Shown: positions 1 to 9,612 of the stretch, in pieces
Position numbering within the stretch: position 1 is the first letter of the stretch
Layout: the number at the start of each line of letters is the position of its first letter
Origin: Candidatus Bathycorpusculum hydrogenotrophicum
GTDB lineage: Archaea > Thermoproteota > Bathyarchaeia > Bathyarchaeales > Bathycorpusculaceae
Assembly: GCA_009783705.1 (NCBI GenBank)
Contig: WRCX01000004.1
Span: 1,827 to 65,826, forward strand
DNA length: 64,000 nucleotides
Direction: 5' to 3'
Program-made: the position numbers and the translations under genes
Notes under the pieces: model-generated
The model's database searches: none
Seen by the model: the letters and a program-made list of their open reading frames with translations, nothing else
What the model was told of the DNA's origin: nothing

Positions 1-552
1 ATTTCTCAAAACACTGCAGATACCAACACTGAGCGTGCCTACAAAATTCTCTCTGAACGCTTTCAAATTGTGCCCGAGGTGTTGGCTAACGCCGAAATCA
101 GCCAAATTGAGGCTTGTATACGAGTGGCTGGACTCTATCAAGGCAAAGCCAAAACCATTCAAACAGTGTCTCAAACTCTGCTTGAAAAATTCGGTGGAAA
201 TCTCGATTCAATTTTAGCGTTGCCCACTTCAGAGGCTAGAAAAACGCTTATGGATATGCCCGGTGTGGGACCCAAAACAGCAGATGTAGTGTTACTTTTT
301 TCTGCTGGTAAACCCACCCTACCTGTGGATACACACGTTAATCGGGTTTCAAGACGCCTAGGTTTGGCACCTGCACATGGCGGCTATGAAGAGGTGCGGC
401 TAAGTCTACAGAGGTTCTTTGAACCCAAAGATTACCGCTTGGCCCATCTGCTCTTTATTGCGCATGGCCGAAAAACCTGCAAAGCCCAAAAGCCGCTCTG
501 CCCAACCTGTCCTCTCAACACATATTGTCCCTCTAATGGAAGAGTTAACTAA
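1..552 (+). CDS. nth: Endonuclease III (HhH-GPD glycosylase with FCL Fe-S motif), 5'-truncated by window edge
   Basis: Frame is open from base 1 (ISQNTADTNTERAY...). HhH motif LMDMPGVGPKTAD, VDTHVNRV, C-terminal CKAQKPLCPTCPLNTYC. Confidence 0.93.
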   Translation: MSQNTADTNTERAYKILSERFQIVPEVLANAEISQIEACIRVAGLYQGKAKTIQTVSQTLLEKFGGNLDSILALPTSEARKTLMDMPGVGPKTADVVLLFSAGKPTLPVDTHVNRVSRRLGLAPAHGGYEEVRLSLQRFFEPKDYRLAHLLFIAHGRKTCKAQKPLCPTCPLNTYCPSNGRVN

Positions 553-2480
553 TGCAGCTACCCGCAGAAGTCCAAGAATACTTTCCCTACGGCAAGGCCC
601 GTCCCCACCAAGACGAATTTATAACAACTGTTAACAAAGCCCTAAATGACCGTAAAAGCGTACTCATCGAGGGTAGCAATGGTTTGGGCAAAACAATCTC
701 TGCTCTCTCTGCAGTGCTCCCCATTGCAGTCAAAAAAGACCTCAAGGTTCTCTATGTCGCAAGAACCCACCGCCAGCATGACCGAGTCATCGAAGAACTC
801 CGAGCTATATACAAACAACATCCCATAACAGGCGTATCTATCCGTGGACGCAACGAAATGTGTCTTAACGTATTTGCCTCCAAGGGTGCATCTGACTCAC
901 GCTCACTTATGGAAGTCTGCGAGATGCTCAAATCCAAAGGCAGATGTCCCTACCACACAAACGTACAAAACCGCTCTTGGGAGTACCTTCAAATGCAGCA
1001 AGAAATCTCCAGACGCCCCTATATGGGCTCTGAAATTCTGCGTTCCTGCAAAAAAAAGGAACTCTGTGCCTACGACCTAGTTAAGGGCGCAATATCTGAG
1101 GCACGGGTTATCGCACTAAGCTATCTCTATGTCTTTGACCCAATAATCCGAACAGCTTTTCTAAAAAACCTAGAAACTGAGCTCTCAAGGATAATTCTAG
1201 TTGTAGATGAAGCTCACAATCTGCCCGAAACCGCCATAGACATCTCTGGTAGCCAGCTGACCTCATTTGTCATGAAAGCCGCCGAAACAGAAGCCGAAAG
1301 ATACGACTACCGCGACATAGAACAATTCATCCACTACTTCAGAAACGAAATAGAAACCCTAACCGATAAAGTTCACAAAGAAGAAATCATTCCCGCAAGC
1401 CGCATAAAAAGCATAATCGAAAAAGGCGGCATTCAAAATCCACGTTCTTTCTTTGAACACATCCACGAAACCGGGTTGGTAATAAGAAAAAGCATGCTTG
1501 CTGAAGGCAGAAACCCTCGTTCCTACATTAACTCTATGGGCGAATACCTGCAGAAATGGATCGAAACAGCAGATGATGACTCCTACATAAATGTGGCCAG
1601 CCGCTACTTTACCAAAGAAGGCAACAAAACCGGTAAACTCGAAATCGCTGCCCTTGATCCCTCCAAGATAACTGCACCCGTTTTCAGCTCCACTTATGCT
1701 AATGTAATCATGTCAGGTACCCTCCAACCCCTAGAAGCCTACGCCCGCATCACCCATCTCTCACAAGACACCGTGCAATTCTTAGCTCCCTCACCATTTC
1801 CAAAGGAGCACATTTTCTCCGCTGTTTGTAGCGGAGTTACCACCTCAATGGAGAATCGCACACCAAAAATGTACCAGACCATGATTGAACGCATAAACGA
1901 GGTCGTTAACAGCACCCCAACTAACACAGGGATTTTTGCCGCCAGCTTCCAAGTACTCAATGCCTTACTCTCTGAGGGTCTTGAGGAACAGTTACTAAAA
2001 CCACTGTATTGTGAAAAAAGCGGCATGACATCTAAAGCCAACGAAAAATTAGTGCAAGATTTCAAAGTATGCGGCGACCGGGGCGGAGCAGTCTTTTTAG
2101 GCGTGCAAGGTGGTCGTACCTCAGAGGGCGTAGATTTCCCCGGCAACCAAATGAACTCAGTATTGGTTGTAGGTGTACCCTATGCTGAGCCAACCCCACG
2201 CGTAAAAGCACAAATCGACTACTACGAACGATGCTTCCCAGGCCGAGGCCGAGAATACGGCTACACATTACCCGCGATGAAAAAATCCACCCAAGCCGCA
2301 GGCCGACCCATTCGCACCCTAGATGACAAAGGCGCCATAATCTTTCTCGACTACCGCTTTGGATCAGCATACTGCAAAAGCTTCATACCCAGCTGGATAA
2401 CAAACGGCATGAAAACCCTGCCCGATAAACCCGGCATATTGGGTGATGAAGTCAGAGCTTTCTTTTCCTCTCAATCCTGA
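552..2480 (+). CDS. xpd: XPD/Rad3/DinG-family Fe-S SF2 helicase
   Basis: Walker A GSNGLGKT, Fe-S Cys residues (MCLN, EVCEM, RCPY, LCAY), DEAH, MSGTL, SEGVDF, QAAGRPIR. Confidence 0.92.
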   Translation: MQLPAEVQEYFPYGKARPHQDEFITTVNKALNDRKSVLIEGSNGLGKTISALSAVLPIAVKKDLKVLYVARTHRQHDRVIEELRAIYKQHPITGVSIRGRNEMCLNVFASKGASDSRSLMEVCEMLKSKGRCPYHTNVQNRSWEYLQMQQEISRRPYMGSEILRSCKKKELCAYDLVKGAISEARVIALSYLYVFDPIIRTAFLKNLETELSRIILVVDEAHNLPETAIDISGSQLTSFVMKAAETEAERYDYRDIEQFIHYFRNEIETLTDKVHKEEIIPASRIKSIIEKGGIQNPRSFFEHIHETGLVIRKSMLAEGRNPRSYINSMGEYLQKWIETADDDSYINVASRYFTKEGNKTGKLEIAALDPSKITAPVFSSTYANVIMSGTLQPLEAYARITHLSQDTVQFLAPSPFPKEHIFSAVCSGVTTSMENRTPKMYQTMIERINEVVNSTPTNTGIFAASFQVLNALLSEGLEEQLLKPLYCEKSGMTSKANEKLVQDFKVCGDRGGAVFLGVQGGRTSEGVDFPGNQMNSVLVVGVPYAEPTPRVKAQIDYYERCFPGRGREYGYTLPAMKKSTQAAGRPIRTLDDKGAIIFLDYRFGSAYCKSFIPSWITNGMKTLPDKPGILGDEVRAFFSSQS

Positions 2481-3559
2481 ATCTCTTGAAGCTTACGGTT
2501 TAACAAGACCTTGCCGATGATGAGTCGATGAGGTGTTGTGGTAACTGCCGTTTGAACCTTCAAAGTCCGTCTCTCAACATTAATTGCACGCAAAACTCCA
2601 ATACCTAAAAACCTGTTTCCCCAGCCATATAACCCTATAAGTACCCCTTTCTCAGGATCCTGCTTTTTAGGTACAGCATTTCGAGGCTCAACTGTAACTT
2701 GACTAAGTGGATAACATTGCAATTTTGATTTACGCAGATACTTAGCATAGGTCATTTCACGAAGAATCCGCCGTTTCTCTGATGTTCTTTGACTCAACGC
2801 AGGTGAAGGTGTCGCTGTTAATACACCCCCGCCTCCCAGATAAGACATCAACGTCGTAAGCTCATCTTTTATCTGAACCCCAACAACAATATTGGGCTTT
2901 AATTCTTTAATCAAACTCAGCTTATAACGTATAGCATCAATACCTGATACAAAGCCATCTGTGTTGATTATTATAACATCTGCTTGGCGCTGGTTGGCTT
3001 CTCCCATAATGGCCGCTAAGCCCTCAAGCGTTTTGGCAACTGCTGTTGGAGGCGAAGTGACGCCTATAAAGTATCCGTTTTGATACCGTAAATCATAGAG
3101 TTCAACGACAGGTTTAGTGACTATTGCATAGCCAACAGTTGCGCAGGGACCAATATCAGACTGACCCAAATCTCCATCAAGAATTGCGACTCTACGTTTG
3201 GCTTCAACCATCTTGTTTAACATATAGGTGCATAAACTGCTCTTTCCCGAATCCGATGCACCTAAAACTAAAATTACAATAGGCTTTTTCTCAAGTCCCA
3301 ACACGATTTGGATGGGTTTATTCCACGATTCTGGAACCGTATTGCCCTCCATCTCCTGCACCGTTGCGTTTGCACCCAACACAACATCAAAAACCGAGGG
3401 TTCAGATGCAAAAAATGGCATACGTTTACCTTCCCTAACAACAGTCCGCTGTAGTTCATTAAAGGGGCACCCGAACACTTCTGCTTTTCCCGAAATCAGC
3501 TCAACTGATGCTGGACCATCCACTATGAGCGTATTATTGGGTTGTATGGCTTGCCGCAA
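2471..3559 (-). CDS. Clp1/Grc3-family polynucleotide 5'-kinase
   Basis: GASDSGKS P-loop, DGDLGQSDIGP, INTDG motif. Confidence 0.85.
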   Translation of the reverse strand: MRQAIQPNNTLIVDGPASVELISGKAEVFGCPFNELQRTVVREGKRMPFFASEPSVFDVVLGANATVQEMEGNTVPESWNKPIQIVLGLEKKPIVILVLGASDSGKSSLCTYMLNKMVEAKRRVAILDGDLGQSDIGPCATVGYAIVTKPVVELYDLRYQNGYFIGVTSPPTAVAKTLEGLAAIMGEANQRQADVIIINTDGFVSGIDAIRYKLSLIKELKPNIVVGVQIKDELTTLMSYLGGGGVLTATPSPALSQRTSEKRRILREMTYAKYLRKSKLQCYPLSQVTVEPRNAVPKKQDPEKGVLIGLYGWGNRFLGIGVLRAINVERRTLKVQTAVTTTPHRLIIGKVLLNRKLQEIQD

Positions 3560-4190
3560 TCATTGGTCTCCTGTGCACTGAATTACCTAATCGCCCAGCT
3601 ATATGTATAGCTGAAGAAATATGCCTTACTTTTCGGCTATGGCGGCGATCTTTTAGAGGTTGATTGGTTCTGGTCTCATCTACCACCATAAGCACAATCT
3701 GCATCGGCAAAACATAATCAAGCTCTTTGAGCAGATCCCTATAAACTGCTACACCATTACCAATTTTTATAATAACCTTGGTCAAGGTATAGTCAACACT
3801 TTTTAGAATTTTTTGTATGCTTAAAACCAATTGCTGATTACTATAGCAGGTTTCCTGTTCTATGATTTTCCCATCAGCGATAACTGCTAAGCCAATGGCC
3901 TCACCGGGATCAATACCTATAACAATTCTTTTGTAAGCTTCTTTGCCAAGCATTAACCGTTTGGTTGCATTGAGTAAACTATCCAATTCATCCTCGCTGC
4001 AAAAAACCAAAACCTGCTCAAAGTTCACTAGATGCCGTTCCTGAGGCGTAGTTATGACCAGCTCTACCTTAGGCGGCACTGGCGTGCCTGGAACCAGACT
4101 CAAAAATGAAATATCATGTTTTTTGAGCATGTTAACTATGTGGAAGTAGGCTATGCCTCGCACTGTTGCAACAGCAACTTTTTCGTTCAT
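3534..4190 (-). CDS. Conserved protein with YqgF/RuvC-like RNase H-fold domain
   Basis: IVIGIDPGEAIGLAV, KIGNG and VDET motifs. Confidence 0.6.
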   Translation of the reverse strand: MNEKVAVATVRGIAYFHIVNMLKKHDISFLSLVPGTPVPPKVELVITTPQERHLVNFEQVLVFCSEDELDSLLNATKRLMLGKEAYKRIVIGIDPGEAIGLAVIADGKIIEQETCYSNQQLVLSIQKILKSVDYTLTKVIIKIGNGVAVYRDLLKELDYVLPMQIVLMVVDETRTNQPLKDRRHSRKVRHISSAIHIAGRLGNSVHRRPMIAASHTTQ

Positions 4191-4265
4191 ACAACATCCT
4201 TAAAGAGTATACGTTTAAGTGCAAACACAATATCTATCTCTTAATAATCCTTAAAAAGTGATTCC

Positions 4266-4955
4266 ATGGCGCAAATCTCAATCGGCGTAGAATCCATCGA
4301 CAAAGCCATCGGCGGAGGCATAAACCCCCAAACAATCACCCTCATCTACGGCGAACCTGAAACCGGCAAATCCACCTTAGCGATGCAATCCGCAGTCTAC
4401 TGTGCTCTACAGGGACACAAAATCCTCTATGCAGACTGCGACAACAGCTTCTCAACCCAACGCCTCGCACAGCTCTCAGGTGACAGATTTGACGAAGTTG
4501 CTGAGCGCATAATCTTGGTGAAACCACAAGATTTCAAAGAACAAACCGCCCTGATCGATCACATAGAAGACTACACAACAGGCGTTGGTTTAATAGTAAT
4601 AGACACCTTCACGTCTCTCTACAGCGCCAAAGCCGCCGAATTCTCCCGAGCATATGGCACCAACCGAGAATTAAACCGACAACTTGCCCTATTGGCCCAA
4701 ACAGTAAAAACCAAAAAAATTCCATTAGTTATGACCAGCCAAGTCCGAAGTGTAATTGGTAATGATGCCTCAGATGTACGTCCCGTGGCAACTAGGGTTC
4801 TACAATTCTGGGCTGAAAACATCTTGTTTCTAAAACCCACCCAATTTCCCCAAACAATCAAAGTAACAATCGAAAAAGTAGCGGGTCTTCCTCAAAGTGC
4901 TATATGCTACGTACAAATAGGAGGAAACGGAATAAAAGATACCCAACTCCACTAA
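4266..4955 (+). CDS. radB: DNA repair protein RadB (RecA family)
   Basis: IYGEPETGKST, LIVIDTF; short RecA core without N-terminal domain. Confidence 0.85.
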   Translation: MAQISIGVESIDKAIGGGINPQTITLIYGEPETGKSTLAMQSAVYCALQGHKILYADCDNSFSTQRLAQLSGDRFDEVAERIILVKPQDFKEQTALIDHIEDYTTGVGLIVIDTFTSLYSAKAAEFSRAYGTNRELNRQLALLAQTVKTKKIPLVMTSQVRSVIGNDASDVRPVATRVLQFWAENILFLKPTQFPQTIKVTIEKVAGLPQSAICYVQIGGNGIKDTQLH

Positions 4956-4970
4956 AACGGCTGAACACCT

Positions 4971-5489
4971 ATGGATGTCGTCCTGCTCATAATAGAAGCC
5001 CTGAAATTCATTTTCCCAGCCTACTGTGCTAATGCTACTCCCGTCCTTGCAGGCGGCGGTACAAAAATGGACTTTGGCAAAAACTTTACCGACGGCAAAC
5101 GCATTTTTGGCAACAACAAAACCTGGCGTGGATTTTTCTTTGGATGGGCCGTGGGTTTTATGGTTGGTATAGCTGAGGGCTTCATTTTTGGCTTTGACAA
5201 CTATCCCTTGCTATTTAGCGCCCTTATTCCCCTAGGCGCATTATTGGGGGATCTGACAGGAGCATTCATTAAGCGGCGTCTCAACATTGTTCCAGGCGGC
5301 TTATTGCCCATCGTAGACCAAATCGACTTTGTGGTGGGTGCTGTAGTATTCGCGTTACCCTTAGCTTTGATTAGCTGGCAGGGCTTGAGCTGGCCAGTTA
5401 TCGCTGTAGTATTGTTGCTAACTCCACCTATACATTTGCTCACTAACTTTATAGCCTATAAACTAAAACTCAAAAAACACCCTTGGTAA
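4971..5489 (+). CDS. carS: CDP-archaeol synthase (DUF46)
   Basis: PAYCANATPVL, DGKRIFGNNKTWRG, GDLTGAFIKRR, PIVDQIDF. Confidence 0.92.
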   Translation: MDVVLLIIEALKFIFPAYCANATPVLAGGGTKMDFGKNFTDGKRIFGNNKTWRGFFFGWAVGFMVGIAEGFIFGFDNYPLLFSALIPLGALLGDLTGAFIKRRLNIVPGGLLPIVDQIDFVVGAVVFALPLALISWQGLSWPVIAVVLLLTPPIHLLTNFIAYKLKLKKHPW

Positions 5490-5695
5490 TCCATAATTAC
5501 CCAGAATCCTAATTGGACCGCGCAATTACCAAACAAAATAGCGCACGGTTCGATATTGTTGTCTCTAAGTCAACAAAGTTAGCGCTATATTCTTTTGTTA
5601 TATATTTAGCTATTAAATAAAGACAGAGGGGCTGTTGTCAGACCTGTTAATGAATGGTCTGCCAACAACCTGTTGGTTGTGGCTATATGTTTCTA

Positions 5696-6121
5696 TTAAG
5701 CGCCGCCGGTTATCTTGAAGTTAATTGCGCTTTCTATGAATATGTATGATATCAATAGTAAGCTAATGCCGACAATAAGTAACATATAGGCCTGTTTAGG
5801 CTTACTTGTACTTTTTGCACTTTGATATAGAGAGAGCATACCAAAGAAACCTAGTGAATAGAGAATTGCAGTTATTATGGTGTCTCCGCCAAATTGCATG
5901 CTGAGATTAGGATACAGGAAATAAATTGTGCTTCCTGCAGGGTACACCATGATGGGTCGGACGATGAGGGTGTATAAGCCGCCGCTGAAGAGAAATATTG
6001 CATAGCCGATTATGGCAACTGTGATTATGAAGGTTGAGGGTGTATTTGCCGATACCCGACGGAACCATCGACTAAACGAGAACGACATGTCCTCAGTATG
6101 TTTCTTCATTTTTTCTGACAT
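5696..6121 (-). CDS. OST3/OST6/OSTC(DC2)-like oligosaccharyltransferase accessory subunit
   Basis: Three TM helices. FLFSGGLYTLIVRP, FLYPNLSMQFGGDTII...LYSLGFFG and LLIVGISLLLISY match the OSTC pattern from recall. Confidence 0.7.
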   Translation of the reverse strand: MSEKMKKHTEDMSFSFSRWFRRVSANTPSTFIITVAIIGYAIFLFSGGLYTLIVRPIMVYPAGSTIYFLYPNLSMQFGGDTIITAILYSLGFFGMLSLYQSAKSTSKPKQAYMLLIVGISLLLISYIFIESAINFKITGGA

Positions 6122-6335
6122 CAGTGCTCTCTCCTGTAATTATGTCACTTGCTACTTCTTTAGCCCATTCTCCAGTTAAAGTATTTTTCTGTATTTGAAC
6201 TAAATATTCTACCCAATCTATGCCCAGTGCTTTATGCCAAACCGCATATTTCTCCACAATATTGCGATATGCCCCCAAATGCAATGAACAAAACCCGTTG
6301 GCTTCAACTTCTCGGTTACAAATTCTACAGTTCAT
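6093..6335 (-). CDS. Small Zn-finger hypothetical protein
   Basis: CxxC...CxxH N-terminus; follows topA and overlaps the next gene. Confidence 0.65.
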   Translation of the reverse strand: MNCRICNREVEANGFCSLHLGAYRNIVEKYAVWHKALGIDWVEYLVQIQKNTLTGEWAKEVASDIITGESTDVRKNEETY

Positions 6336-6432
6336 AACTATCTTCTTTATAGTGTGTGAGCATCAAAAGACTATGTTGCGGTATGTCTTTAACTTTTTCT
6401 TACAATAGTCACATAAATGCTAACAAATGCTT

Positions 6433-8535
6433 CTAGCAACCAGCTTCAGGTTTATTGGCTGTAGCTTTGGAGTTGCATTGCGGATTTAAGCAGAGCCTCC
6501 AAGGTTTCTTTCCCCGCATATATGTTGCCACCACAGGTGCGTCACATATTTTACAGGCGCTTCCAAGCGGTTTGATTGTACCTTTCTGTGGTAATGGATA
6601 CGCCATATTACATTTGCCCTCAAAAAAACCCGTGCAACCCACAAACCGTTTCCCTGACTTTTTTGAGCGCAGTATAATTAGTTGATTACACCCACATTTT
6701 GGACAGGTTCCAATTGCCCGATCATTTAACCATGACTGCTTAAGTGCTTCGCTCAACTGCGAACCAATAGTTGTTTCTTTGGCTTTGAGTTCTGTAGTAA
6801 CCTGCTTTAGGGTTTCTACGGCATCTGTAAGCACACTTTGTTTGTTCTCTTTGCACTGCTGTATATCCTCCATTTTCCCCTCTAGCATCCGTGTCATTTC
6901 AGGTGAAACAACTACCGGGCAGTACCGCTCAAGGACTCCGATAACTCCAAACCCTAAATCACTCACAGCTAACTGATCTACTCCGTTTAGATATTTGCGG
7001 TCGTGAAGAGTTTGAATGATCGAAGCACGGGTTGCTTTAGTTCCAATTTCCTTTTTTTCCATCTCAAGAAGCAGACTACGCGGATTATAGCGAAGCGGCG
7101 GCTTAGTATAATGTTTCTTCACGCTGAGTTGCGAAACATCTACCGTCTGGCCCTCCATTAGCGGTGGAAAAGTATCTTCTTTTATACGTACATAGGGACG
7201 ATAAAACCTAAACCAGCCCTCCATAAGTGTTCGTGCCAAGCTTAAACAAAAGCGGTAGTCATTGAGGCTGATTGTGATGTTTACATTTTGGCGTACCGCG
7301 GGTTCAGCAAAAACAGCCAAAAAACGCTTTACTACTAAGTCAAAGACATTTCTAGATGAGGCATCTAGGGGTTTTTGTGCTAGATTTCCTGTAGGATATA
7401 TAGCAGGATGGGCGGGGTCGATTTTTTTACCCTCGTTTGGCTTTAAGCTGGGTTTAGCTAAGAGTTCTGATGCCTGTTTTGTGTAAGCGGGCGTTTTTTG
7501 GAGTTTTTTGAGTATGTCTTTGTAGCCGATGGCAGACGGCAGTTTTTGACTGCTTGTCCGCGGATAAGAAATCAGGGCATCAAGATATAGTCGTTGCAGA
7601 ATTGCCGAGGTGCGTATGGGGGTGTAGTGAAAAAGTTTGTAGACTTCTCTTTGCAGGGTGCCCAAATCAAACGGTACTGGCGGTTGAACCTCAGATTCGT
7701 GAACCTCAACTGAAGATACGGTGCCTGTTTTAGTTTTAGCGGCATTCTGAATCGCTTTTGCCTCCGCTAAGGTTTCAAGTGGACGCTCATATTCTACCGC
7801 ATAAATTTTGTTGTCTATGCTGATTTTTGCGGTAAGCTTCCAATACGGTGTAGGCACAAATGATTGGATGTCTTTTTCGCGTTCTTCTAAAAACCGTAGT
7901 GTTGGTCCCTGTACTCTGCCTGTGCTCAAGGTACTATACTGTCCACTGGCGGTTTTAGCGGCCTCTGTGAGGGCTCGGCTGAGATTTATACCATAGAGCC
8001 AGTCGACTTCATGGCGGGTTAGTCCTGCTTCTACCAGTGCAAAATCAAGATGGGGTAAAAGATTATCGTAGGCGGTTTGCAGTTCTTCATCGGTTAGCGT
8101 GGAGTATTTCATGCGTTTAGCGGTATCTTGTTTTTCACCACAGGCGTACTTGAGTATAGTGTAGCCAATGATGCTGCCTTCTATGTCAAAGTCACAGCCA
8201 TCCACAAACATTTCTGCCTCTTTAGCCAAATTCGAGATAACCTTGAGCCAAACCCGAATTCGTCCCGCTTTTTTCTCTGCTTGATAGCGGGGCACCCAAT
8301 GGTAATCAAAAACTGGGTAGTTGCGTTTTTTTTGTTTACTGGTTATGGTGTAGAGATGACCAAGTGCTGGAACAACCACAATGTTGCCACTGCGGTAGGA
8401 TTCATAGTAGGGCACGCCATTTTGGATTGATTTTTTGGGTTTACCCCGCGCATCTAAGGCTGTAGCTATCCGGTTTGCAGCATCGGGTTTTTCAGTGACG
8501 ATTAGTGTGTACTTCACGTGCTCTAACCACCTCAT
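6433..8535 (-). CDS. topA: Type IA DNA topoisomerase with C-terminal Zn ribbons
   Basis: TOPRIM TEKP and DFDIEG, GRVQGPTL, catalytic ISYPRT, GTKATRA, C4 zinc fingers. Confidence 0.95.
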   Translation of the reverse strand: MRWLEHVKYTLIVTEKPDAANRIATALDARGKPKKSIQNGVPYYESYRSGNIVVVPALGHLYTITSKQKKRNYPVFDYHWVPRYQAEKKAGRIRVWLKVISNLAKEAEMFVDGCDFDIEGSIIGYTILKYACGEKQDTAKRMKYSTLTDEELQTAYDNLLPHLDFALVEAGLTRHEVDWLYGINLSRALTEAAKTASGQYSTLSTGRVQGPTLRFLEEREKDIQSFVPTPYWKLTAKISIDNKIYAVEYERPLETLAEAKAIQNAAKTKTGTVSSVEVHESEVQPPVPFDLGTLQREVYKLFHYTPIRTSAILQRLYLDALISYPRTSSQKLPSAIGYKDILKKLQKTPAYTKQASELLAKPSLKPNEGKKIDPAHPAIYPTGNLAQKPLDASSRNVFDLVVKRFLAVFAEPAVRQNVNITISLNDYRFCLSLARTLMEGWFRFYRPYVRIKEDTFPPLMEGQTVDVSQLSVKKHYTKPPLRYNPRSLLLEMEKKEIGTKATRASIIQTLHDRKYLNGVDQLAVSDLGFGVIGVLERYCPVVVSPEMTRMLEGKMEDIQQCKENKQSVLTDAVETLKQVTTELKAKETTIGSQLSEALKQSWLNDRAIGTCPKCGCNQLIILRSKKSGKRFVGCTGFFEGKCNMAYPLPQKGTIKPLGSACKICDAPVVATYMRGKKPWRLCLNPQCNSKATANKPEAGC

Positions 8536-8640
8536 CCCAGCATTCTATCCATTAAAACCTTCAGTTCTATCTTTGATGCTCTATCTTGGGGTTTAGCAAG
8601 CAATAAATATGCCCTGCGGATGTATTTAGGGGGGTATGGG

Positions 8641-8811
8641 ATGCCACAACGTGTTGTTTGTCATGGTTGTAATTATATTCTATATGAGGGCACTGAATTA
8701 AAACCGCCAGATGAAATTATCCAACAAAACAGCGGAAAATGTCCACAATGTAGCCGCAAGCTATCCTTGTTACCCATAGAGGTTGAAATTATACCCCTAA
8801 ACAAGCGTTGA
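8641..8811 (+). CDS. Small Zn-ribbon protein
   Basis: MPQRVVCHGC...KCPQCSRKL; ATG preceded by GGGGG. Confidence 0.65.
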   Translation: MPQRVVCHGCNYILYEGTELKPPDEIIQQNSGKCPQCSRKLSLLPIEVEIIPLNKR

Positions 8812-8818
8812 ATTCCCA

Positions 8819-9535
8819 ATGGAAACCACCTCTGTATCCTCCTCCTCATCTGATTTCTCCTCAGAAACCCACTGGGAAATGGCTGCAAAAACCAAGATGG
8901 GCAAGTATCTAACACGTCTTGAAACAGATTTTATCTCTAGATCTCTTGATCTATCCCAAGAGAACCTATCTGTTATGGATGTGGGTGCTGAGGCAGGTCG
9001 TTTCTCTTTGCTTCCCCAAAACAGCAAAGCCCGTGTTGTCAGCATAGATATAAATGCCTATGCGCTCAGACGCCTCAAACAGAAAAGTCGGCACGTTAAC
9101 ATTATTTTGGCTGATGCAAGAAACCTGCCGCTAAAAGATGGCATATTTGATGTGGTTTTTATGATTGAGGTGCTAGACTACATTCCCGAGCTAGACCAAG
9201 CTTTGGGTGAATGTATGCGCACCCTCAAACCTGAGGCTTCAGCGGTTCTATCGTTTGGTAACAAATCCAGCATAAAAGCTCACTTAAAGGCAATACAGGG
9301 CAAATCATATCGTCACTCATATGGCGAGATGATGCGATGCATATCTAAAACAGAGTTCACAATTAAGCGAAAGTTGGGGTACAGCTGGGTACCTTTCGGT
9401 CGAACTTCACAAAGCAGTTTGGTACCTATTCTGTCGGCATTAGAGAAAATTTTTGGGTTGAGACGTATCGTAAGGTATAGTCCTTGGGTGATCATGCATA
9501 TAACAAGGCATTCACGGACTATGAAACCTGTGTAG
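8819..9535 (+). CDS. Class I SAM-dependent methyltransferase
   Basis: VMDVGAEAG motif I, ADARNLP, FDVV. Confidence 0.8.
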   Translation: METTSVSSSSSDFSSETHWEMAAKTKMGKYLTRLETDFISRSLDLSQENLSVMDVGAEAGRFSLLPQNSKARVVSIDINAYALRRLKQKSRHVNIILADARNLPLKDGIFDVVFMIEVLDYIPELDQALGECMRTLKPEASAVLSFGNKSSIKAHLKAIQGKSYRHSYGEMMRCISKTEFTIKRKLGYSWVPFGRTSQSSLVPILSALEKIFGLRRIVRYSPWVIMHITRHSRTMKPV

Positions 9536-9612
9536 ATATGTTTGGAAAGCCATAAATAAACCTCCCATGTGTAAAATAGTACAAACGGAAATATACACTG
9601 GAGATACCTAAG

